Below are positions 28,587 to 38,353 of a stretch of 64,000 nucleotides of DNA, piece by piece (position 1 is the first letter of the stretch; every line of letters starts with the position of its first letter). Both the position numbers and the translations under genes were made by a program. The DNA comes from Gammaproteobacteria bacterium (lineage in GTDB: Bacteria > Pseudomonadota > Gammaproteobacteria > CAJXQU01): contig CBDEGZ010000003.1 of the NCBI GenBank assembly GCA_965238175.1, positions 222,076 to 286,075 of the forward strand, in the 5' to 3' direction. A model generated the notes under the pieces. It made no database searches. It was not told the origin of the DNA and was given only the letters and a program-made list of their open reading frames with translations.

Positions 28587-29717
28587 ATGAACACACACAC
28601 GGACTTTGATATTCATGGGATCGTAGGGGTTCAAGTACAAGACGCTACAACCAAGGATATTTTGATGGTGGGGCGACAACTAGGACTTGTAGAAAAGCAA
28701 CTTGAACGACCTGCGGATATTATAATTCGCTTCGTAGATAAGTTAAAAACCCCAGAATCAATGCGCTATCTTGATCTGGGTGATATAGCGTTTACTGATG
28801 ATTCTTTTTATGTACTTAAAGGGAAACATAAATCACGTACAAAGGTAAAAATTCCATTTCAAGATATAGGTTCGCAATGCGAAATTGTTTGTGAGCGAGG
28901 TCTTGCGGCTGTTCCGCATCTAATCGATATTATTAATACGGTGGCACTGGGTAATGGTTTCCTGCCATTACATGCTTCCGCTTTTAATTATGATGGTGTT
29001 GGAGTAGTAGTAACGGGCTGGTCAAAGGGCGGTAAAACAGAAACGTTACTTGCTTTTATGGCTGAAGGAGCGGAGTACGTGGGAGATGAGTGGGTATATA
29101 TCAGTCGAGATGGAGCGCTAATGGCAGGTATTCCAATACCTATTCGTGTATGGGATTGGCATCTAGATGATTTACCAAACTATCGGAAAATACTTGGTCG
29201 TCGTGATCGATACCGGCTTCGGGTTCTAAAAACATTTGTTCGGATTACTGAGAAAATTAGCGAAGGTAAGATTGGGAAAGGATACCTGTCAAAACTCATG
29301 AATCGAGTTGCACCTCTACTCAAAAAGCAGATGTATGTAAATTGGTCTCCTGGGAAGGTTTTTCATAATACGAAATTTTTGATGAAAGGGAGGCCAGATA
29401 AGCTCTTTTTTGTAGGCAACCACATATCGTCAGATGTTGTGGTCTCACCGATGGATCCAAGCGAGATTGCAAAGCGAATTTACTTCTCGATACAAGAGGA
29501 ACGTGATGACTTTATTGCTATCTATCAACAATATCGTTTCGCATTTCCTGAACAACCTAATGAACTAATAGATCAGTCCAGCCAAATACAGCAAGAACTA
29601 TTGAACACAGCACTTTCTGGTAAAGAATCTTATTCGGTTTTTCACCCATACCCCGCACCTGTTTCGAAATTGTTTGAAGTAATCTCTCCATTATGCAAGC
29701 CCATCACTGAGGTTTAG
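28587..29717 (+). CDS. HprK-like P-loop protein (paralog 1; Walker A 'TGWSKGGKTETLL')
   Basis: The central 'VVVTGWSKGGKTETLLAFMAEGAEYVGDEWVYISRDG' resembles the HPr kinase/phosphorylase C-terminal P-loop (G.SG.GKSE.AL.L). ~45% identical by eye to the ORF at 38354-39496. The function assignment is tentative. Confidence 0.45.
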   Translation: MNTHTDFDIHGIVGVQVQDATTKDILMVGRQLGLVEKQLERPADIIIRFVDKLKTPESMRYLDLGDIAFTDDSFYVLKGKHKSRTKVKIPFQDIGSQCEIVCERGLAAVPHLIDIINTVALGNGFLPLHASAFNYDGVGVVVTGWSKGGKTETLLAFMAEGAEYVGDEWVYISRDGALMAGIPIPIRVWDWHLDDLPNYRKILGRRDRYRLRVLKTFVRITEKISEGKIGKGYLSKLMNRVAPLLKKQMYVNWSPGKVFHNTKFLMKGRPDKLFFVGNHISSDVVVSPMDPSEIAKRIYFSIQEERDDFIAIYQQYRFAFPEQPNELIDQSSQIQQELLNTALSGKESYSVFHPYPAPVSKLFEVISPLCKPITEV

Positions 29718-29787
29718 CCAGTTGAAAGTCATTTTCAGAAGTGACTACAGACAAGCCATATCGGCGTAATTTTATTTGATCAGCACT

Positions 29788-31179
29788 TTATTCATAATAG
29801 ATATAATTGCTATCTTGATCATCTTCAGCCGGCTCATAAGATTTAAGGATCTGTACACACGCTCCAGCCAAAGCAAGGAATAACCAAAAGTATCTCTGGT
29901 ATGAAAGGTGGAGAAATATCGCAGTGCTTAAGTAGCCAAGAATGCTAAAAATGAAAGCGGTAGCCAGGTGAGCCAATTCTGGTTCGAACAATGACCATCG
30001 GTAACGAACGACTAACAACTGATAGATCATAAAAAAGATGATTCCCATAAATACAAAAAATCCAAAAATACCAGTTTCAGCAGCTAATTCAGGATAGAGT
30101 GAATGGGCTCGCCTATTCGTATTCAGTTGCCTCAAGGCAATCGTTGGGTCGTTCATATACTCTACGGAATAAAACAGACTGTAATGGTGCGGGCCAACAC
30201 CAAGGATGGGATGATCGAGAAAAGCTTTGCTCGCTGCCATCATTTCTGTCAAACGCCCTCTGGTAACCGCATCAGGTTTATGTTGTGTAGTGTCAGAGAC
30301 AAGCCCCTCGACACCGAAAATGGTTTGCATTCTGACAAAGTAGCCTGGAGATACAACGGCAATCAATAATAAAATAACCAGCAAACCACTTAGTAGATGC
30401 CTTATTTTAATATATTTAAAGATCGTTAGAATTAAAGTGAGTAGCAGCATTGAAACAAAAGCACCGCGGGAATAGGTGAGTAATATGCCGCTTAAAATCA
30501 AGCCAACAGATCCGGCCGCAAGGATCTTTTTAGGCCGTTGAAAACGTATTTGGCAAAATATAAAAATGGCTAGTGGTAACAACAGAAGCATATTCTGAGC
30601 ATATCTGTTTGGATCACCTATAGGGCCCGTTGCACGATTGGAACCTCGAACTTTTGTCCGTTGTTTAAGAACAGCACCTTGTTGAAGATTAGGATCTACG
30701 CCATCCCAGTTCTCTATTTTTCTCTGCGCTAACCCTCCAAACTGCACATCATAGGCTCCTGTAGATTCCTGAAAAACAGACATGGAGCCTAAAATGGTGC
30801 CGGCGATCATAAGCACCCAGATCACGCGTTTCAAAGTATCTAGGTTGCGGACTACGTTTATTATTAAGAAATACAACATGATGCCTTCTAGAAAGTATTC
30901 ACCGACCCACTGGAAACCAACAATAGGCTCTTTGGAAAGCAGGGAAGACACTATGCAGATGGTCAGAAAAACAAACATTAGTCCCAACACACGATCAAAA
31001 ATAATTTTTTCGTGGCGGATAAAAATATAAAAACTAAATGGCAGCAGTAGCAGAAGAGCAAAAGAACTAGCGATAACCGGAGGGACGCCATGAAGCGATT
31101 TTGCTATAGCTCCAATATTAGTGAAAAGAATAAATAAAGCAGTCCAAGTAGCGACTTCGAGTTCTTTTGTTGCTGTCAT
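29788..31179 (-). CDS. O-antigen ligase / Wzy-type polymerase family membrane protein
   Basis: ~11 TM helices with a large periplasmic loop. 'LTYSRGAFVSMLLL' Wzy_C-type motif. Confidence 0.7.
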   Translation of the reverse strand: MTATKELEVATWTALFILFTNIGAIAKSLHGVPPVIASSFALLLLLPFSFYIFIRHEKIIFDRVLGLMFVFLTICIVSSLLSKEPIVGFQWVGEYFLEGIMLYFLIINVVRNLDTLKRVIWVLMIAGTILGSMSVFQESTGAYDVQFGGLAQRKIENWDGVDPNLQQGAVLKQRTKVRGSNRATGPIGDPNRYAQNMLLLLPLAIFIFCQIRFQRPKKILAAGSVGLILSGILLTYSRGAFVSMLLLTLILTIFKYIKIRHLLSGLLVILLLIAVVSPGYFVRMQTIFGVEGLVSDTTQHKPDAVTRGRLTEMMAASKAFLDHPILGVGPHHYSLFYSVEYMNDPTIALRQLNTNRRAHSLYPELAAETGIFGFFVFMGIIFFMIYQLLVVRYRWSLFEPELAHLATAFIFSILGYLSTAIFLHLSYQRYFWLFLALAGACVQILKSYEPAEDDQDSNYIYYE

Positions 31180-31870
31180 TTCATTAAGTTATCCATGGTT
31201 TTCGACTTGCTGCTACTAAATTTGTGGGAAATAACCGGTAAGTTCATGATAATTATATCAGTCATTTGCCTATATCTTCCTTACCACTTGGTCACTATGT
31301 AATATGAACTAAAAAAACTACATTCAATTATCGGAATTTAAAGTTAAGGTAATTAAAAGAACTTGCCATGTCAGGTTCAACGATATTGTAGATTAACTTG
31401 TGATCCTGAACGGTAAGTTATGTCAAAGAATAATAAAAATGTGTGGGTTTCTTGCAAAAAATAGTTAACCATTAGATCTTATATTGTTTATTGAGTTATA
31501 TTCCATATAGATAGCTAGTTTGGGATATAGGATCCATTTTGCATTTTGCTTGGAATGATATGGAACTGGCCGATATAAATATCACAAATAAGTGACAAGT
31601 GTAGTCCGTTTCATTAGAATAAAAACGGTATGGAAATTCAGAGAGTTAGAGTTATATTCTGAAAAAGTCTCATAAGATTCAACCGCATAGAAATAAGTGC
31701 AAGGAGCCATATCTATTCTACAATATTAACCAATAGCTCCTTCGTTAAAACTTAAGACAGCGCAATGGATGTTGTTTTTCTTTTGGAGAATATTTGTTTT
31801 AGCAAGTAAAACTTAAGAGTTTCATTACAAGTTGATGAGATTAAATTAAGAATAAAAACAAGAGGTTATC

Positions 31871-32938
31871 ATGAAAAAAACTATTTTTGTAATAATGATG
31901 GTCATCTTCAATGCCAGTTGTACTGGTATGAAAATGGTTGAGTCTTTACCTGACGTGGAAGGTGTCACAATACAGCCAATATCTGCGGAATTAATCAATA
32001 ATTTAGCCTCTGATCAACAATCGGAAGTGAGGAAGTTGTCTTCGAATCTGGGTTCATTAAATGATGGAAATTACGACTACCGAGTCGGGCCTCAGGATGT
32101 TTTGAATATTACGGTATGGGATCATCCTGAATTGACGATACCTCAAGGTCAGTTCCGTAATCCAGATGTTGCCGGGAATCTTGTCTTTGAAGACGGGACA
32201 ATTTACTTTCCATATGTGGGATATCTCCAAGTAGCTGGAAAGACGATGCCACAAATTCAAGGAATGCTAGTTAAAGGCTTAGATGACACCATCCAAGATC
32301 CACAAGTTTCTGTCACTGTCGCCAACTATCGCAACCAGAGAGCATATGTTGTAGGTGAAGTTAATACGCCTGGGCCTAAAGCAATCACTGATGTGCCATT
32401 AACAGTCGTAGAAGCGGTAGGTCAAGCTGGAGATGCAACTTCGGATGCAGATTTAACAGATGTGAAGCTGACCCGTGATGGAATCGTCTACAAAATTGAT
32501 ATGTTAGGGATATACCAAGACGGAGATCTCAATCAAAATGTATTACTCAAACATGGTGATGTATTACATATACCGAACCAAAGTGAACGTAAAGTTTTTG
32601 TTGTAGGGGAAACGTCCAAGCAAATTTCATTGCTTATTGATCAGAATCGACGGACAACGACATTGACTGAAGCAATAAGTGATGCCGGCGGTGTCGATCA
32701 GATCACTTCTAATCCAGGGCGTATTTTTGTATTGCGTGGTACAGATAATCCCGAAGAAAAATTAATTTACCATATTAATGCAAAGTCACCGGATGCCTTG
32801 ATATTAGCAAATCATTTTCAGATATGGCCCCGTGATGTGATTTATGTAGGAACAGCAGGTATCACGCGTTGGAACCGAGTTATTTCCCAATTGTTTCCAT
32901 CATCGGTATCAAGCGTCATACGTACAGTCGATAAATAG
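31871..32938 (+). CDS. Polysaccharide export outer-membrane protein (Wza/EpsE-like)
   Basis: Lipoprotein-like signal (MVIFNASCTG). Poly_export motif 'YRVGPQDVLNITVWDHPELT...G.I.FPYVGYLQVAGKT', SLBB-like repeats. Confidence 0.85.
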   Translation: MKKTIFVIMMVIFNASCTGMKMVESLPDVEGVTIQPISAELINNLASDQQSEVRKLSSNLGSLNDGNYDYRVGPQDVLNITVWDHPELTIPQGQFRNPDVAGNLVFEDGTIYFPYVGYLQVAGKTMPQIQGMLVKGLDDTIQDPQVSVTVANYRNQRAYVVGEVNTPGPKAITDVPLTVVEAVGQAGDATSDADLTDVKLTRDGIVYKIDMLGIYQDGDLNQNVLLKHGDVLHIPNQSERKVFVVGETSKQISLLIDQNRRTTTLTEAISDAGGVDQITSNPGRIFVLRGTDNPEEKLIYHINAKSPDALILANHFQIWPRDVIYVGTAGITRWNRVISQLFPSSVSSVIRTVDK

Positions 32939-33078
32939 AAGTTAACTGATTAGTGGGTCCTTTGAAGATTAAAGAACCCATAGTGTTCTCCGTTATGACA
33001 AACAAAGAATTACTGATATAAGGATCTTATTTTTATACTACAACAGTCTGCTACAGACAAGTTAATGCCGAAAAAATT

Positions 33079-35883
33079 ATGAACGATACAGCGAAAAAAA
33101 GGGAAGAAGAAATTGAGAATGGACAGGGAAGTCGCAAGAAGAGGTATTCTTGGGCATCTAAAATTAAAGCTGTTAAACAAGTTCTAGGCGGTCGGCCCAT
33201 GGATGAAGTTGCAAGTGAATATGGAGTGCGTCCTAAAACGATAAGCAAGTGGTGTCGAAACTGGAAGAAAGAATTTGCAAAGAACGTAGTAGATGATCAT
33301 AGCAAAGTAGATAGCCCTAAAGATTCGCTTGTAACTCGTGCTGTTGAGCATTGGAATGATTCAGCTGATGATTTAATTGTTGATGCAATAGGTAAAAACT
33401 TAAATGCAACACATAGGATTGATAATTCACCTCCAAGACATTCGACAGAAATAACGAACACATCATCACATCATGAAAGAAGAACCATAAAAAATAGTGA
33501 GGATATCTACAAGCAGCAACTAAATGTTCAACAATTCTCAAAAAATCAATCAAGTAGGAGGATAATTGAACCACAAACCGCATTCTCAGGCCAGGCATCC
33601 CTTAGAGAAGTCTTGGGAATACTACAGGAATCTAAGTGGTTTATTAGCCGGATCGTTCTACTTACGGCACTTCTGGGAATATTACATCTTTGGTTTGTAC
33701 CGCCTATTTACCGAGCAGATGCAATACTGGAAATTGAAGAAAATGTTCGTGGCACAGGTGCCGTCCTTGATAATTCTAACGATCTGAATGAGGAAGGTGC
33801 CATTGTTAGTGAGGAAGTCGAGATCCTTAAATCCAGAGCAGTTGTTCGTGAAGTTGTTAATAATCTTAAATTAGATTTCATTATGAGTCCAAAATACTTC
33901 CCGGTTATCGGGGAGGCAATCGCGCGAAAAAATCCTATATTAACAAACTCAAAGGAAGGTTTATCTGAAGTACCTTTATCTGCGGCATGGATTGTTAAGC
34001 AGATTCCATCAATTGAAGAGCCTCTAAAATCCACATATGCATATATTCAAACCTTAAAAACAAAATTATATGATCAACTCAAGTCTTCAAAATATGCGTG
34101 GGGAAATGAACAAATTATTGTAGAAGAAATGATCGTGCCTGATAGTTTATTGGGTGTGAAATATACCGTTATAGCTACGGATAACAAACAATATCAATTG
34201 CTTGATCAAGATGGACAAAAATTAGGAATGGGCAAAATTGGAGAGCCACTTGAGATCTCATTGCCGGATGGAAAGTTTGTCTTGCTTCTTTCAGACCTTA
34301 CTGCCACGACAGGTAAGCATTTTGAAATAACGAGAGTTCCGTTGATTGTCGCGATTGGTCAACAACAGAAAAATGTGATCGTGCGAGAGAAAGCGGGTGT
34401 TGTTAACTCTGGTCTTTTGGGCGTAACTCTAGAAGGAGCGGACAGGTTTAGCATTGTATCCATCATTAACGAGTTAATGGATACTTATATTCGCCAAAAT
34501 GTTGATCGTAAAGCAGCTAATGCTGAAAAGAAATTAAGCTTCATGGAGGAGCAGCTTGCTGTTCTCGAAGAAAGCATGAGTACAGCAGAGCAAGGATTGA
34601 ACAACTATCGACAGCAAGAAGGTTCCGTTGATCTGGCGACAGAGTCGGAAGTAATTCTAAAGCGAATTGTTGAAGTAGAATCGGAAATTTCAAGTCTTAC
34701 CAGGAATCGTCTTGAGCTTATCCAAAAATTTAAACCCAGACATCCTAAGATTCGGGCATTAGATGGACAGGTAGGTACATTAAAAAGAGAGCTGGAAAAA
34801 TTGAACGGAAAGGTAAAGAAATTACCAGATACACAACAGCAAGTACTCAGTATGACAAGAGACGTCGATGTTCAAGCTAAACTTTACTCTTTTCTTTATA
34901 ATAAAATTCAAGAACTTAAAGTTATTACTGCCGGTTCTATTGGAAACTTAAGAGTTGTTGATTATGCAACACTGCCGGTTGAGCCTGTCAAACCGCAAGG
35001 AAAAGTGATAATCGTAGCGTATCTATTGCTGGGTTTAATTCTAGGGGTTGGCGCCAGCTTTGTTAGAAGGGGAATGCATGCAGGGGTACATGATCCAGAG
35101 GTTATTGAGAAACAACTGGGCCTTGAGGTTCTTGCGGAGCTACCTTTGAGCCCACAACAGGCTAAACTTAAGAAAAGCAGCATTTTTGGTAAAAGTTCTA
35201 AAAAAGGTATTCTTGCGATTGTTAATCCAGAAGATCCAACCATTGAGGGTCTGCGTAATCTTAGAACCTCACTTTACTTCTCTCAGTTTGAGTCGAAAAA
35301 TAATCTGATAGTCATTACTGGGCCTGCACCAGAAGTAGGCAAATCATTTGTTTCTATAAATTATGCTGCTGTTTTAGCAAGTTCGGGTAGTCGTGTTTTA
35401 GTGATTGATGCAGATTTTCGCAGGGGCACTATCAGTGAATATGTCGGGATAGAACGCCATAGTGGGCTATCTGATTTGATCCTTGGGAAAATGAGTGCTG
35501 AGGAAGTGATTCAAGAAACAGATGTTGAAGGTCTGGACGTCATCACATCAGGCAAAATGCCTTCGAATCCTTCAGAGCTGCTACTACACGAAAACTTCGC
35601 AAGAGTATTAGAAAACATTTCGGCAAACTATAATTTTGTGATCATTGATACACCCCCAATCTTGGCATTTTCTGATGCCACGGTAATCGCACGACTTGCT
35701 GGCTCAGCTTTGCTTGTGGTCAAGTCTGGAATGCATTCGGTACGCCAGTTGGAATACACCATCAAGCAATTAAATAAAGCTGACGTCAAGTTAGAAGGTG
35801 TTGTTTTCAATGGACTGGATATAACAAATACAGCTTATGGGTACGGGCACAGTTATGGTTATTCGTACTCTTACAAAAATTAA
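33079..35883 (+). CDS. Polysaccharide co-polymerase / BY-kinase (Wzc/EpsG-like tyrosine autokinase) with unusual N-terminal transposase-like HTH extension
   Basis: TM1, periplasmic coiled-coil Wzz-like region, TM2, then Walker A 'GPAPEVGKSFVSINYAA', Walker B 'VIIDTPP', and a Tyr-rich tail 'YGYGHSYGYSYSYKN'. The first ~110 residues ('KRYSWASKIKAVKQVLGGRPMDEVASEYGVRPKTISKWCRNWKK') look like an IS3-OrfA-type HTH. The true start may be internal, possibly non-ATG. Confidence 0.85.
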   Translation: MNDTAKKREEEIENGQGSRKKRYSWASKIKAVKQVLGGRPMDEVASEYGVRPKTISKWCRNWKKEFAKNVVDDHSKVDSPKDSLVTRAVEHWNDSADDLIVDAIGKNLNATHRIDNSPPRHSTEITNTSSHHERRTIKNSEDIYKQQLNVQQFSKNQSSRRIIEPQTAFSGQASLREVLGILQESKWFISRIVLLTALLGILHLWFVPPIYRADAILEIEENVRGTGAVLDNSNDLNEEGAIVSEEVEILKSRAVVREVVNNLKLDFIMSPKYFPVIGEAIARKNPILTNSKEGLSEVPLSAAWIVKQIPSIEEPLKSTYAYIQTLKTKLYDQLKSSKYAWGNEQIIVEEMIVPDSLLGVKYTVIATDNKQYQLLDQDGQKLGMGKIGEPLEISLPDGKFVLLLSDLTATTGKHFEITRVPLIVAIGQQQKNVIVREKAGVVNSGLLGVTLEGADRFSIVSIINELMDTYIRQNVDRKAANAEKKLSFMEEQLAVLEESMSTAEQGLNNYRQQEGSVDLATESEVILKRIVEVESEISSLTRNRLELIQKFKPRHPKIRALDGQVGTLKRELEKLNGKVKKLPDTQQQVLSMTRDVDVQAKLYSFLYNKIQELKVITAGSIGNLRVVDYATLPVEPVKPQGKVIIVAYLLLGLILGVGASFVRRGMHAGVHDPEVIEKQLGLEVLAELPLSPQQAKLKKSSIFGKSSKKGILAIVNPEDPTIEGLRNLRTSLYFSQFESKNNLIVITGPAPEVGKSFVSINYAAVLASSGSRVLVIDADFRRGTISEYVGIERHSGLSDLILGKMSAEEVIQETDVEGLDVITSGKMPSNPSELLLHENFARVLENISANYNFVIIDTPPILAFSDATVIARLAGSALLVVKSGMHSVRQLEYTIKQLNKADVKLEGVVFNGLDITNTAYGYGHSYGYSYSYKN

Positions 35884-35956
35884 TACTATTCGTAGTATCA
35901 GCCCATTTTTGTAAATTACATATTCAGCGAATATGGGCTAAATCCAGAGTCAAACA

Positions 35957-37171
35957 TCAGGAATACCGAATGAGAAGATTAAGAAATTGCACAATGTTTT
36001 TTTCTTGATCAAATTCGTTTATCACTTTTACTCTACCCTCTTTCCCCAAAGCAATTTTTTTTGTAGGTTCTTTTTGTATATCCATTAGTGCTTTAGCTAG
36101 ACCATCGGTATCGCGAGGCTCTACTAATATCCCAGTTTCCCCATTATCCACAAGCTCAGGTATGCCCGATAACTGACTTGATATTACGGGCAACCCACTT
36201 GCCATCGCCTCCATTAATACAACGGGTATACCTTCTCGTTTGCCTTGCTTTGTCGGAACACTAGGTAGAGTAAAAACATCCGATCTGGCCAACAAATCAA
36301 GAACCTTGTCCCTTGGTAATCCACCGTGGATATGAAATTTATCCTTCAAATTCAGATCATTGATGAGTTTCTCGATGCTGTCGCGCAGAGGGCCATACCC
36401 AACCAGATGGCACTCAAAGTTTATGTTCTTATCAAGTAATATTTTGCATGCTTCGACCAGATATTTATGACCCTTTACTTCTTCATATGAAGCAACACAT
36501 AAAATTTGCAAAGGACGATCATCTGGTGATTTTTCAGTAGGAAAAAAGAGCTTAGTATCGATACCGCAGCGGATGACGTGTATTTTTTCACGATCTTTTT
36601 CCCCTGTTTCAGCTACCATCAATTCTTTGTTATAGGAGGATACGGTTGTCACAAAACTAGCCGCCTGGATCTTTTTATCTAACATCCTTCGATCAACATG
36701 TAGATCTGAACCATGTGCAGTAAAGCTGAACGGAATACTGGTTAGTCGATTAATAATTAATGCCGTGATTGTTGGGTGAGTCGCAAAGTGTGCATGAACA
36801 TGCTCCACGCCAAGCTTTTCCATCTCATAAGCGAAAAGTACACTCTTTGGCAAAATCCCAAGTGCTCCTATGAAAAAATTCCGGCTCCCGAAGGTACCTG
36901 TCAGAACTTCTCGAATGATCTTAATATAGTTGGTGAAATCGCGACGGATATAGTGCCAATGTGCTGCGAGAATTTTAAGCGATAAGAAGGGATGAAAATG
37001 AGCTCTATCTGTCAGCTCTTGAGCTTCTTTGTGAGTCACAGCTGTCTTTTCTCGCAACAGTGGGAAAATTTCTACTTTAACTCCCTGTTCTTCAAGTGCG
37101 ATAATTTCATAAAGTATGAATGTTTCAGTTAGCTTTGGAAAGCGAGACATTATGTAGGCAACTTTTTGCAT
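35957..37171 (-). CDS. GT4-family glycosyltransferase
   Basis: 'EGIPVVLMEAMASGLPVISSQLSGIPELV..GETGILVEP' E-x7-E retaining-GT motif. Confidence 0.85.
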   Translation of the reverse strand: MQKVAYIMSRFPKLTETFILYEIIALEEQGVKVEIFPLLREKTAVTHKEAQELTDRAHFHPFLSLKILAAHWHYIRRDFTNYIKIIREVLTGTFGSRNFFIGALGILPKSVLFAYEMEKLGVEHVHAHFATHPTITALIINRLTSIPFSFTAHGSDLHVDRRMLDKKIQAASFVTTVSSYNKELMVAETGEKDREKIHVIRCGIDTKLFFPTEKSPDDRPLQILCVASYEEVKGHKYLVEACKILLDKNINFECHLVGYGPLRDSIEKLINDLNLKDKFHIHGGLPRDKVLDLLARSDVFTLPSVPTKQGKREGIPVVLMEAMASGLPVISSQLSGIPELVDNGETGILVEPRDTDGLAKALMDIQKEPTKKIALGKEGRVKVINEFDQEKNIVQFLNLLIRYS

Positions 37172-37197
37172 GATTATCTAAGGGTTGCTTTTATAAG

Positions 37198-38196
37198 TCA
37201 GGTGGCGGGTGTTTTAGGAATGGGATTAATAACTGAGTGATCATGATGCTTGTTACGATGTCGCCACTTGTCAATATAGCTAAACCACTCTTGTAACCTT
37301 ATTTTAAATAGTGCCAATGAGGTTCGCTGTGTGACTTCGGTACGGTAAAGTCGCAGCGGGTTAGCTGAATTCATATTATTAAAACCATCAATGACAGTGA
37401 CCGCAAGCTCTATTTTTTCCTGTTTGAGTATATCCATAATTGCTTGATCGTGGTTACCATTCGGGTACGCAAACACCGGAAGCACCGCACCAATTTCATT
37501 TTTTAGATCATTATATGAACCACTAATCTCTTCATGTGCTGACTCCAGAGTCAGTCTTGTTAATAAGGGGTGTGTGCGAGTATGCGCACCGAGTGTCACA
37601 CCTTCATTAGCAATTACTCTAAGTTGATCCCAATCCATTGTACTCTGTTTGATTACGTTTACTATTTTCAGGCGCTCACACACATCATCAACAAGGGCCA
37701 TTGCATCACTATGAGGAAGTGTTTTTACATGATTTTGTAAAAGCTTAAGACTCTGCATTTTTTTTGTATGATCCTCAAGTAAAAGAGTCGAGAAGTTAGT
37801 GTTAGCAATTTGCAGTTGGTTTTTTGAAGTTTGGGCAAATGCTGCATAGAGCTTATCCCACCAGAAAACGAGATCGGTTTGTCCAGGATAGCTTGTTGGG
37901 ATAAATACTGTAGCGGGCAAATTAAGTTTTTTAAGGATTGGCCATGCAATCTCGATAAAATCAAAATAACCATCATCAAACGTAATTAATACAGCCCTAT
38001 CAGGTAGTTGTTCTTGTGAAAGAGTTGCGGCCAAGACCTGTTCCATTGATACAACATTGTATGACTGAGCCAAGTATTTCATTTGCTCAGCAAATATAGC
38101 CGGTGTTGCACTTATAATTCTGGGATTGAGAACACTATTTTTTGAGGGATCTGCTACACGATGATAAGTCAGGATGCGTAATAGATTTTTTTTCAT
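37198..38196 (-). CDS. Polysaccharide deacetylase (NodB-homology domain)
   Basis: 'VLITFDDGYFDFIEIAWPILKKLNLPATVFIPTS' TFDDG motif, 'GAHTRTHP' His-box. Confidence 0.85.
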   Translation of the reverse strand: MKKNLLRILTYHRVADPSKNSVLNPRIISATPAIFAEQMKYLAQSYNVVSMEQVLAATLSQEQLPDRAVLITFDDGYFDFIEIAWPILKKLNLPATVFIPTSYPGQTDLVFWWDKLYAAFAQTSKNQLQIANTNFSTLLLEDHTKKMQSLKLLQNHVKTLPHSDAMALVDDVCERLKIVNVIKQSTMDWDQLRVIANEGVTLGAHTRTHPLLTRLTLESAHEEISGSYNDLKNEIGAVLPVFAYPNGNHDQAIMDILKQEKIELAVTVIDGFNNMNSANPLRLYRTEVTQRTSLALFKIRLQEWFSYIDKWRHRNKHHDHSVINPIPKTPAT

Positions 38197-38353
38197 ATTC
38201 TTGGATCTTAAATAGTTAAACTGGTTTCACGCGATTCAGTTTCAATAACAATGGATTTAAGATTATCACGACGATGGTTAAATCCAAATGCAATTATCTT
38301 TTAAGTTATGACTGCTTCAAGTTAGGTTAGCGTAGCATAAAAAATTATATGCC

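Noticed and set aside
33079-33420. Stand-alone IS3-family insertion at the start of wzc
   Set aside because: Only an OrfA-type HTH-like segment is present. No OrfB/DDE integrase, no frameshift window and no terminal repeats follow. It is reported as a finding (possible fusion or scar) rather than as a mobile element.
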